This document shows positions 8,508 through 16,804 of a DNA stretch of 40,897 nt, piece by piece. A program made the translations under genes and the position numbers. The notes under the pieces are model-generated. The model searched no databases and was not told the origin of the DNA. It saw only the letters and a program-made list of their open reading frames with translations. Position 1 is the first letter of the stretch. Each line of letters begins with the position of its first letter. Source of the stretch: Bacteroidota bacterium (GTDB taxonomy: Bacteria > Bacteroidota > Bacteroidia > Bacteroidales > B39-G9); contig JAUVJB010000002.1 of NCBI GenBank assembly GCA_030592465.1, forward strand, positions 1-40,897, read 5' to 3'.

Positions 8508-9890
8508 TCAAACCTTTGTTTCTAAATATTCTTTAACGGGTTGAACCAACCTGTCGATGTCACCTGCACCAAGCGTTAATACAACCTGCAAATCTTGTTG
8601 TTTTAATACATCAATTAATTCACTTTTTGAACAAATAATTTTATTTTCAATGTTCACCTTATCAAAAATTATTTTTGAACTAACTCCTTTAATAGGGAAC
8701 TCGCGTGCCGGATAAATATCGAGCAAAATTAAACTATCGAGCAATTCTAAACTTTTTGCAAACTCTTTTGCAAAATCGCGAGTTCTTGAAAATAAATGAG
8801 GTTGAAAAATCCCTGTTATTTTCTTATCAGGGAACAACTCCCTCGTTGAAGAAATACTTGCTTTAAGCTCGTTCGGATGATGAGCATAGTCATCAATATA
8901 AATTAAATTATTTGTCTTAATAATATAATTAAAACGCCGTTTTACTCCTTTCGAAGTACTCAGCGATTTTCTAATATCGTTTTCGTCAACTCCGAGTAAA
9001 TAAGCAACAGCAAAAGCTGCTATTGAATTTTCAACATTAAACAAACCCGGCAAACCTATTTCAACATTTTTAACCACATTATCGGGAGTTACAATATCGA
9101 CAAAATAAATTCCATTATTAAGAGTAATATTAGTTGCATAAAAATCGGCTTTAGAATTTAAAGAATATGTAAACTTCTCAACACCTTTATTTAATTCGTA
9201 ATTAATATCAATACTTTTTTTAATTAACAGTTTACCATTTACTTTAATTTGCTGAATAAACTGTGCAAACGATTCCTCCAAATGGTGCTTGTTACCGTAA
9301 ATGTCGAGATGATCAGCATCAACAGAAGTTACTATACCAAAATAAGGATATAATTGAAGAAATGATTTATCAAACTCATCAGCTTCAACAACAATAAAAT
9401 CACTTTTGTTTGATAATAATAAATTGCTATTATAATTATTTGAGATACCACCCAAAAAAGCACTGCAGTCAAATTTCGATTGCTTAAGTATATGCGCAAT
9501 TAGAGTAGAGATAGTGGTTTTACCATGAGTGCCCGCAACAGCAATTCCTTGTTTATCGTTTGCTATAAGTCCAAGTATTTTTGAACGTTTATATATTTGA
9601 AAATTATTAATCTTAAAATAATTTAACTCAGAATGATTCTTGGGAATTGCAGGAGTATATATTATTAAAGCTTTATTAATATCAGTTGTGTATAATTCGG
9701 GTATATTTTGAATATTATCATTAAAATGAATATTAATACCTTCATTAATTAACTCATCGGTTAATGTTGTTGGCGTTTTGTCATAACCCGCCACATTCAT
9801 GTCTAACGACTTAAAATATCGTGCAATGGCGCTCATACCAATTCCGCCAATACCAATTAAATAAACATTATGTATTTTGTTAATATCCAT
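8508..9890 (-). CDS. murC: UDP-N-acetylmuramate--L-alanine ligase MurC
   Basis: N-terminal GIGGIGMSAIA, Mur ligase P-loop AGTHGKTT, and dcw synteny. Confidence 0.95.
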   Translation of the reverse strand: MDINKIHNVYLIGIGGIGMSAIARYFKSLDMNVAGYDKTPTTLTDELINEGINIHFNDNIQNIPELYTTDINKALIIYTPAIPKNHSELNYFKINNFQIYKRSKILGLIANDKQGIAVAGTHGKTTISTLIAHILKQSKFDCSAFLGGISNNYNSNLLLSNKSDFIVVEADEFDKSFLQLYPYFGIVTSVDADHLDIYGNKHHLEESFAQFIQQIKVNGKLLIKKSIDINYELNKGVEKFTYSLNSKADFYATNITLNNGIYFVDIVTPDNVVKNVEIGLPGLFNVENSIAAFAVAYLLGVDENDIRKSLSTSKGVKRRFNYIIKTNNLIYIDDYAHHPNELKASISSTRELFPDKKITGIFQPHLFSRTRDFAKEFAKSLELLDSLILLDIYPAREFPIKGVSSKIIFDKVNIENKIICSKSELIDVLKQQDLQVVLTLGAGDIDRLVQPVKEYLETKV

Positions 9891-9928
9891 TATTGAGCTT
9901 ATTTTAAAGTAATAAAGTTAAAAGTTTA

Positions 9929-10166
9929 GTAACCGTTTCCGGGTTTAAATTATTACACTAAAAATTGTTATATTGTTAAATTGCTAAATTGTTATAATTA
10001 AGATATAAAGGCAATTATTATAACCATTTAACCATTTAATACCGATGGTTCGGGATATAATTTAATATCATCCAATTATAAATACTTCTTTTCCATATAA
10101 ACAATTTAACAATTTAGCAATTTAACCATTTAGCTATCCGCCAGCTGGCGGACTGAGAACGGTTAC
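9929..10166. repeat. Mosaic palindromic element E1 (MITE/BIME-like) filling the murC-murG spacer
   Basis: It is bounded by gtaaccgtt (9929-9937) and aacggttac (10158-10166). It contains left module 9944-9970, internal inverted repeats 9972-9993 / 10100-10121, block 9997-10024, and right module 10132-10166 with hairpin tccgccagctggcgga (10137-10152). All of these modules recur elsewhere in the window. Confidence 0.85.
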
Positions 10167-10201
10167 AAAATTATTAACTTTTTATACCCGACTCCTTATT
10201 A

Positions 10202-11311
10202 TTATTCAATCATTTTTAAAATTTCGTTTGCAATTATTTCATCAGAATTTGTTACAGCTAATTTGGAAATATTTTCTGATAAGTTTTGCATTTTTTCTGT
10301 ATCATTAATTAAGTTTAACGCCTGATCAACAAGCACTTCTCTTGCTTGATTATCTTTAATTAATATTGCTGCATTTTTATTAACCAAAGCCATTGCATTT
10401 TTTGTTTGATGGTCTTCGGCAACATTAGGCGAAGGGATTAATATTACCGGTTTTTTCACTAAACATAGTTCTGAAATAGTTCCTGCACCGGCTCTCGAAA
10501 TAATAATATCGGCAACAGCATAAGCATAATCCATTCTTGTTATAAAATCATAAACTTTAATAGTTTTATTTTTATAATTATATCTTAATAATTCCATTTT
10601 TGCTTTTTCAAAAAATGTTTTTCCTGTTTGCCAGATAAGCTGAACATCACTTCTGATAAATTTATCTATATCATTACAAATACTTTGATTAATAGTGCGA
10701 GCACCGAGACTACCTCCTATTACCAAAATAATTTTTGACTTATCATTTAATTTAAAATATTTGGAAGCATCAGTTTTTTTATTTTTAATATCAAATAAAT
10801 CTTTACGAATAGGATTTCCCGTAAATATAATTTTTTCTTTTGGAAAAAATCTCTCCATATTCTGATATGCTACACATATTTTATTAACTCTTTTAGATAG
10901 TAACTTATTGGTTATGCCTGCATACGAATTTTGTTCCTGAATTAAAGCAGGTATTCCTTTTTTAGATGCAATGTAAAGCAAGGGTCCGCTCGCATAACCG
11001 CCAACACCAACTACAGCATCAGGTTTAAACGATTTAATAATTTTTCGTGATTTTAATATACTTATTAACAACTTAAAGAAAAAAGTAATGTTCTTAAAAG
11101 TTATTCGACGCTGAAACCCATTAATAGGAAGACCAATAATATTATAGCCTGCAGCAGGCACCTTTTCCATTTCCATTTTGCTTTTTGCTCCTACAAATAA
11201 AATCTCAATATTTTTATCGATTCTTTTGAGTGCATTAGCAATTGAAATGGCAGGGAAAATATGTCCCCCTGTACCGCCACCACTAATTATTATTTTTTTA
11301 CTCATCTTCAT
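10202..11311 (-). CDS. murG: Lipid II glycosyltransferase MurG
   Basis: GGGTGGHIFPAISIA motif and dcw synteny. The ORF-track start at 11314 is TTG; ATGs are at 11311 and 11305. The gene overlaps the ftsW stop (11298-11300). Confidence 0.95.
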   Translation of the reverse strand: MKMSKKIIISGGGTGGHIFPAISIANALKRIDKNIEILFVGAKSKMEMEKVPAAGYNIIGLPINGFQRRITFKNITFFFKLLISILKSRKIIKSFKPDAVVGVGGYASGPLLYIASKKGIPALIQEQNSYAGITNKLLSKRVNKICVAYQNMERFFPKEKIIFTGNPIRKDLFDIKNKKTDASKYFKLNDKSKIILVIGGSLGARTINQSICNDIDKFIRSDVQLIWQTGKTFFEKAKMELLRYNYKNKTIKVYDFITRMDYAYAVADIIISRAGAGTISELCLVKKPVILIPSPNVAEDHQTKNAMALVNKNAAILIKDNQAREVLVDQALNLINDTEKMQNLSENISKLAVTNSDEIIANEILKMIE

Positions 11312-12458
11312 CAATTAAAATTAAATCATCAGTTTCTTGCACTTTACGACTAACATTAATCACTATTCCCATTGCAATGCTTGTAAATATTATTGAAGTA
11401 CCCCCCATGCTTACAAACGGTAATGTTTGACCTGTTACCGGAAAAATATTAACAGCAACAGCCATATTTATCATAGCTTGAAAAACAATACTAAAAGTTA
11501 AGCCTATAACTAAAAATGCAGGAAAAGTTCTTTCACATTTTTTAACAATAACACCTGCACGATATAATAAAATCAGATATAATAATAAAATAAAAAAACC
11601 ACCGACAAAGCCATATTCTTCAATAATTATTGCATAAATAAAATCGGAATAAGGATGTGGTAAAAAATTACGTTGTGTACTATGTCCGGGACCTTTACCA
11701 AATACACCTCCGGTAACAATTGCTATTTTAGATTGATTAATTTGATAATTACCACTATCATCATCTTTATCAACATAATTTTCTATTCTTTTTTTCCATG
11801 TTCCTACTCTCCCATGATCAGGAGAATTAAGAACAACTAATACAAAAATTCCAAAAAATACTAGGCCAATACCAATTATCGCAAATAAATATTTTAAACT
11901 AACTCGCCCCACAAACATTAATATTAAAGAGGTTGCAAATAAAATAGCTGCTGTAGAAAAATTAGCAGGCAGAATTAAACCACACACAACTATAATAGGT
12001 AATACAATAGGTTTAAAAGCCTTTTTAAAATCTTTGATATGCTCTTGTTTGCTCGATAATAACCTTGCAATGTAAATTATTAGTGCAAATTTTGCTAAAT
12101 CGGAAGTTTGAAACGACAAACCTATGCCCGGTAAAGTTATCCAGCGTGAAGCCTGATTAAGACTTATTCCTTTAAATAAAGTAAAAATTAATAAAGGAAT
12201 AGTAATGTATAATAATAATTTTGATAATAAATAATAATATTTATATGAAATTGTATGAAAGATATAAGTAATTCCTAATCCTGCAATTAAAAAACTTGTA
12301 TGTCTTAAAAAATAATATGTTGTATTTCCTCCCATTTTTCGATAAGCAAGAGTGCCTGTTGAACTATAAACAGCTAACATAGAGAAGATACCTAATATAA
12401 AAATCACTATCCATATAACAGTATCACCTTTAAAATATTTAGAAAGCTTTTCTTTCAT
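11298..12458 (-). CDS. ftsW: SEDS-family peptidoglycan polymerase FtsW
   Basis: Polytopic membrane protein with the SEDS block LPHPYSDFIYAIIIEEYGFVGG. The gene lies between murD and murG. Confidence 0.9.
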   Translation of the reverse strand: MKEKLSKYFKGDTVIWIVIFILGIFSMLAVYSSTGTLAYRKMGGNTTYYFLRHTSFLIAGLGITYIFHTISYKYYYLLSKLLLYITIPLLIFTLFKGISLNQASRWITLPGIGLSFQTSDLAKFALIIYIARLLSSKQEHIKDFKKAFKPIVLPIIVVCGLILPANFSTAAILFATSLILMFVGRVSLKYLFAIIGIGLVFFGIFVLVVLNSPDHGRVGTWKKRIENYVDKDDDSGNYQINQSKIAIVTGGVFGKGPGHSTQRNFLPHPYSDFIYAIIIEEYGFVGGFFILLLYLILLYRAGVIVKKCERTFPAFLVIGLTFSIVFQAMINMAVAVNIFPVTGQTLPFVSMGGTSIIFTSIAMGIVINVSRKVQETDDLILIDEDE

Positions 12459-12475
12459 TTATTAATATTTAAATA

Positions 12476-12663
12476 ATCGTTCACACATTGCTTTAAATTA
12501 TTATATTAAAAATTGTTAAATTGTTAGACACTAATTTCACTAATTAACACGAAAAATTATTGTTAAATTGTTATTGTTAATATATAGTATTTGCAAGAAA
12601 ACTAAGTCATTTATTATTATTCGTCATTGCCTCTCCGCCAGCTGGCGGACTGTGAATGGTTAC
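12476..12663. repeat. Mosaic palindromic element E2 filling the ftsW-murD spacer
   Basis: The 28-mer cgttcacacattgctttaaattattata (12478-12505) is identical to 28623-28650. The cacgaatt-type 38-mer at 12521-12558 matches 6224-6261. The 22-mer at 12559-12580 is identical to 33673-33694. The 22-mer at 12582-12603 matches 33577-33598 with 1 mismatch. The right module tccgccagctggcggactgtgaatggttac is at 12634-12663. Confidence 0.9.
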
Positions 12664-12671
12664 AATAAAAC

Positions 12672-14012
12672 TTACAATTCTCTTACAGCCATTTTAAATT
12701 GTCTTCCTCTGTCTTCATAATTTTCGAACAAATCGAAACTTGCACAAGCAGGCGACAGTAATACAACCTCGCCTTTCTTGGCAAGATAATAAGCAGCACT
12801 AACTGCTTCTTCAATTGATGCAGCATCAACAATTGTCTCGGTAAAATCGGCAAAAACTTTATGTATCTTTTTGTTATCGACACCAAGACAAATAATTGCT
12901 TTCACTTTGCTCTGTACTAAATCGGTTAAAATTGAATAATCATTACCTTTATCGATTCCTCCAACAATCCAAACTGTAGGTTTTTTCATGGTTTCAAGGG
13001 CATACCATGTAGAGTTAACATTAGTAGCTTTTGAATCGTTAATAAATTCAATACCATGAACTTTAATCACCGGTTCTAAACGATGTTCAACACCTTGAAA
13101 ATCTGCAAGACTTTCTCTAATAATTTCTTTTCTTATTTTCAATACTTTACCGGTTAATCCGGCAGCCATTGAATTATAAGTATTATGCTTTCCTTGTAAA
13201 GCTAAATCTTGTATTGACATGATAAAATTACTGTTAGTCATATTTATTATTATATTATTATTTTCAACATAAGCACCATCACTATCTTTAATACTAAGAG
13301 AAAATGGCATTTTTCTAGCATTAATATTTCGTTTTTTTAATTCATTGTTAACAACCTCATCATCAGAGCAATAAATTAAATAATCATTAGAAGTAAGATT
13401 TTGTGTAATACGAAACTTTGAATTAACATAATTTTGAAACACATTATCATACCTATTCAAATGATCAGGTGTAATATTCATTATTATTGCAATATCAGGT
13501 TTAAAATCATACATTCCGTCAAGCTGAAAACTGCTAAGTTCAATTACATAATAATCGAATGAATTTTGAGCAACCTGTAGAGCAAAACTTTTGCCTACAT
13601 TACCCGCCAATCCAATATTTAATCCGGCTTTTTTTAACAAATGATAAATCATTAGTGTTGTAGTAGTTTTACCATTGCTGCCAGTTACACATATTTTTTT
13701 AGCATTAGTATAAGCACCTGCAAATTCAATTTCGGAAATAATTTTAATCTTGTTCTCAATTATTTTTTTTATGATAGGAATACTATCCGGTATCCCCGGA
13801 CTTTTTATGATTAAATCTGCATTTAAAATTAAATTTTCAGTATGTTTACCCTCTTCCCAATCAATATTATTATTAATAAGAACATCTTTATATTTTTGAT
13901 TAATGCTTCCATTATCGGAAACAAAAACTTCGAAATTTTTCAATTTTGATAGAATGGCGGAACCAACACCACTTTCACCTGCTCCTAATATTACGGTTCT
14001 TTGTTTATTCAT
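12672..14012 (-). CDS. murD: UDP-N-acetylmuramoylalanine--D-glutamate ligase MurD
   Basis: GAGESGVG N-terminus and P-loop GSNGKTTT. The ORF-track start at 14021 is TTG; the first ATG is at 14012 (MNKQRTVILGAG). Confidence 0.95.
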   Translation of the reverse strand: MNKQRTVILGAGESGVGSAILSKLKNFEVFVSDNGSINQKYKDVLINNNIDWEEGKHTENLILNADLIIKSPGIPDSIPIIKKIIENKIKIISEIEFAGAYTNAKKICVTGSNGKTTTTLMIYHLLKKAGLNIGLAGNVGKSFALQVAQNSFDYYVIELSSFQLDGMYDFKPDIAIIMNITPDHLNRYDNVFQNYVNSKFRITQNLTSNDYLIYCSDDEVVNNELKKRNINARKMPFSLSIKDSDGAYVENNNIIINMTNSNFIMSIQDLALQGKHNTYNSMAAGLTGKVLKIRKEIIRESLADFQGVEHRLEPVIKVHGIEFINDSKATNVNSTWYALETMKKPTVWIVGGIDKGNDYSILTDLVQSKVKAIICLGVDNKKIHKVFADFTETIVDAASIEEAVSAAYYLAKKGEVVLLSPACASFDLFENYEDRGRQFKMAVREL

Positions 14013-14026
14013 TTTTGACAAATTGT

Positions 14027-15274
14027 TTATCTAATTTTAAGAGTAACAATAGTGATAACAGCGAGCAGCACACCAATAATCCAAAATCGGGTAACAATTT
14101 TTGATTCGTGATAACCTAATTTTTGATAATGATGATGCAACGGAGCCATTAAAAAAACACGTTTACCTTGTCCATATCTTCTTTTAGTATATTTAAAATA
14201 CCCTACCTGAATTATAACAGACAAACTCTCAATAAAAAATATTCCACATAAAACAGGGATAAGCAATTCTTTATGAATAATAATTGCAAAAACAGCAATA
14301 ATACCACCAATTGACAGACTCCCTGTATCGCCCATAAAGACTTGTGCAGGATATGAATTATACCATAAAAATCCAATGGTAGCACCTATAAAGGCACTGC
14401 AAAAAACTACCAACTCACCTGTATATGGTATATACATTATATTAAGATATTGAGAATAAATAACACTACCAGAGACATAAGCGAGTATAGCGAGAGTAGC
14501 ACCAATAATAGCAGAAGAGCCGGTAGCCAAGCCATCGAGTCCATCGGTCATGTTTGCACTATTTGATACAGCGGTAATAATAAAAATAACAGCAATAAGA
14601 AAAACAAGCCATACCCATTTTTGTGCAGCTTTTTCACCTAAAAAAGAAACTAATTTTGCATAATCGCCTTCGTTATGTTTAAAAAAAGGTATTGTTGTTT
14701 TTGTCGATTTTATATCACGAGTAACATATTTTACATTATTATTAACATTATCAACACCTTCAACAACCAGGCTACTTGGAGTGTCAATTTTAACTCTTTC
14801 TCTAATAATAACATCGTTATTTAAATAAAGAGTTAAAGCAACAATAATACCGAGAATAACTTGTCCTAAGATTTTAAACCAACCGGCTAATCCCTTTTTG
14901 TTTTTCTTAAATACTTTGATATAATCGTCGATAAAACCAATAAAGCCAAGCCATACCGTAGTAATAATCATTAAAATAATATAGATATTATCTAATTTTG
15001 CAAATAATAATGTTGGGATAAGAATTGAAGCAATAATAATTAAACCTCCCATTGTAGGAGTACCTTTTTTTTGCATTTGTCCATCGAGACCTAAATCCCG
15101 AATTGTTTCACCAATTTGTTGTCGTTGTAATAATTTAATAACTTTTTTACCATATCGCATCGAAATTATTAACGAAGTAATAATAGCCAATGCCGAACGG
15201 AATGATATATATTGAAACATTCCTGCACCGGAGAAATTTAATTTATCTAAATAATCAAAAATATAATAAAACAT
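14027..15274 (-). CDS. mraY: Phospho-N-acetylmuramoyl-pentapeptide transferase MraY
   Basis: Motifs [17 protein letters not shown] and HHHY in a polytopic membrane protein. Confidence 0.95.
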   Translation of the reverse strand: MFYYIFDYLDKLNFSGAGMFQYISFRSALAIITSLIISMRYGKKVIKLLQRQQIGETIRDLGLDGQMQKKGTPTMGGLIIIASILIPTLLFAKLDNIYIILMIITTVWLGFIGFIDDYIKVFKKNKKGLAGWFKILGQVILGIIVALTLYLNNDVIIRERVKIDTPSSLVVEGVDNVNNNVKYVTRDIKSTKTTIPFFKHNEGDYAKLVSFLGEKAAQKWVWLVFLIAVIFIITAVSNSANMTDGLDGLATGSSAIIGATLAILAYVSGSVIYSQYLNIMYIPYTGELVVFCSAFIGATIGFLWYNSYPAQVFMGDTGSLSIGGIIAVFAIIIHKELLIPVLCGIFFIESLSVIIQVGYFKYTKRRYGQGKRVFLMAPLHHHYQKLGYHESKIVTRFWIIGVLLAVITIVTLKIR

Positions 15275-15282
15275 AAAGTTTG

Positions 15283-15336
15283 ATGTTTAAAGTTTAATAT
15301 TTAAAGTTGCATTTTCCATTGTTAAATTGTTTAGTG
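15283..15336. repeat. Short AT-rich word modules in the mraY-murE spacer
   Basis: atgtttaaagtttaa (15283-15297) is identical to 36646-36660. attgttaaattgtt belongs to the ttgttaaattg word family seen at 9972, 12516, 12559 and 33673. Confidence 0.6.
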
Positions 15337-15348
15337 TTTCGGCATTTA

Positions 15349-16800
15349 CTACTGAAATAATTGTCCTACAATTTCTTTATCGTCAAAATGATTTCTGACG
15401 CCATTAATATCCTGATAATTTTCGTGTCCTTTGCCTGCAATTAAAATTATATCGCCTTTTTTGGCAAACATATATGCTGTTTTTATGGCTTCTTTTCTAT
15501 CAATAATCGAAATAGTATTTTTTAAAAATATTGGTTCAATACCTTTCTTCATATCATAAATAATATCTTCGGGATTTTCCGATCGAGGATTATCAGAAGT
15601 TAAAATTACTTTATTGCTCAACTCAGAAACTATTTTAGCCATTAACGGGCGTTTGGTTTTATCTCTGTCTCCTCCCGCACCCACAACAGTTATAACTTGC
15701 TCATTACCCGAACGTATTTGATTAATGGTAGTTAAAACATTTTTTAATGCGTCTGGGGTATGAGCATAATCAACAATAGCAGTAATTCCATTGTCGGAAC
15801 GGATATACTCAAAACGTCCTTTAACAGAATTTAAGCTGCTGATATTTTGTAAAACCTCATCTTTTTTTTGATTTAATAATATTGCAACAACATAAACAGC
15901 TAATAAATTAGATGCGTTAAATTCTCCTATTAATTTAGTCCATACTTCAATGCCATTAACATCTAACAACATGCCTTCAAAATGACTTTCTAAAACATTA
16001 CATCTAAAATCAGCAAACGAATGAATTGCGAAAGTGTGTTTTTTTGCTTTAGAATTTTGCAACATAAATTCACCATTTCTGTCATCAACATTTGTCAATG
16101 CAAAAGCAGTATCAGACAAATTATCAAAAAACATTTTTTTGGCATTAATATATTCTTTAAATGTTTTATGATAATCTAAATGGTCTTGAGTAATGTTTGT
16201 AAATATTCCTCCTTTAAAATTTAATCCTGCTATTCTGTTTTGAACTATTGAATGGGAGCTTACTTCCATAAAGCAATAATCGCAACCGGTATCAACCATT
16301 TTACTTAACAACTCATTTATTTTTATAGCATCAGGGGTTGTATGTGTTGACGCAACAATTTTGTTATCAATAATATTATTAACAGTAGAAATTAGCCCTG
16401 ATTTATAACCAAGCTTTTTAAACAAGCCAAACAACAATGTTGCAATAGTAGTTTTCCCATTTGTGCCGGTAACACCAACTAAAATTAATTTTTTGGAAGG
16501 ATTGTCGAAAAACTCGGATGCAAAAAAACCAAGAGCATAATGGGTGTCGTTCACAAGAATATATGTAATATCAGATATTATATCTCTTGGCAGCACTTCG
16601 CAAACTATTGCAACAGCGCCCATCTCAATAGCTTTATCAATATAATTATGTCCATCGACCTGAGTGCCCTTTAAAGCAATAAATAATTGGTTTTTATCAA
16701 TTTTACGTGAATCAAAATTAATACCGGCTATATTAATATCTGTATTGTCAATAATTTTATTGATGTTGACCTTTTTTAATATTTCATTTAATGCTTTCAA
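15349..16800 (-). CDS. murE: UDP-N-acetylmuramoyl-tripeptide synthetase MurE (meso-DAP type)
   Basis: P-loop GVTGTNGKTT and the DNPRSE motif. The start codon at 16800 is TTG, with no nearby in-frame ATG. Confidence 0.95.
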   Translation of the reverse strand: MKALNEILKKVNINKIIDNTDINIAGINFDSRKIDKNQLFIALKGTQVDGHNYIDKAIEMGAVAIVCEVLPRDIISDITYILVNDTHYALGFFASEFFDNPSKKLILVGVTGTNGKTTIATLLFGLFKKLGYKSGLISTVNNIIDNKIVASTHTTPDAIKINELLSKMVDTGCDYCFMEVSSHSIVQNRIAGLNFKGGIFTNITQDHLDYHKTFKEYINAKKMFFDNLSDTAFALTNVDDRNGEFMLQNSKAKKHTFAIHSFADFRCNVLESHFEGMLLDVNGIEVWTKLIGEFNASNLLAVYVVAILLNQKKDEVLQNISSLNSVKGRFEYIRSDNGITAIVDYAHTPDALKNVLTTINQIRSGNEQVITVVGAGGDRDKTKRPLMAKIVSELSNKVILTSDNPRSENPEDIIYDMKKGIEPIFLKNTISIIDRKEAIKTAYMFAKKGDIILIAGKGHENYQDINGVRNHFDDKEIVGQLFQ

Positions 16801-16804
16801 TATA

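Noticed and set aside
10137-12649. The GC-rich hairpins just downstream of the murG and murD stops as intrinsic terminators
   Set aside because: On the transcribed minus strand they are followed by gatagctaaatgg and gaggcaatgac, not by T-runs. Termination there would also cut off essential downstream dcw genes. Contrast the genuine hairpin plus T-run terminators at 4146-4184, 23912-23947 and 28955-28985.
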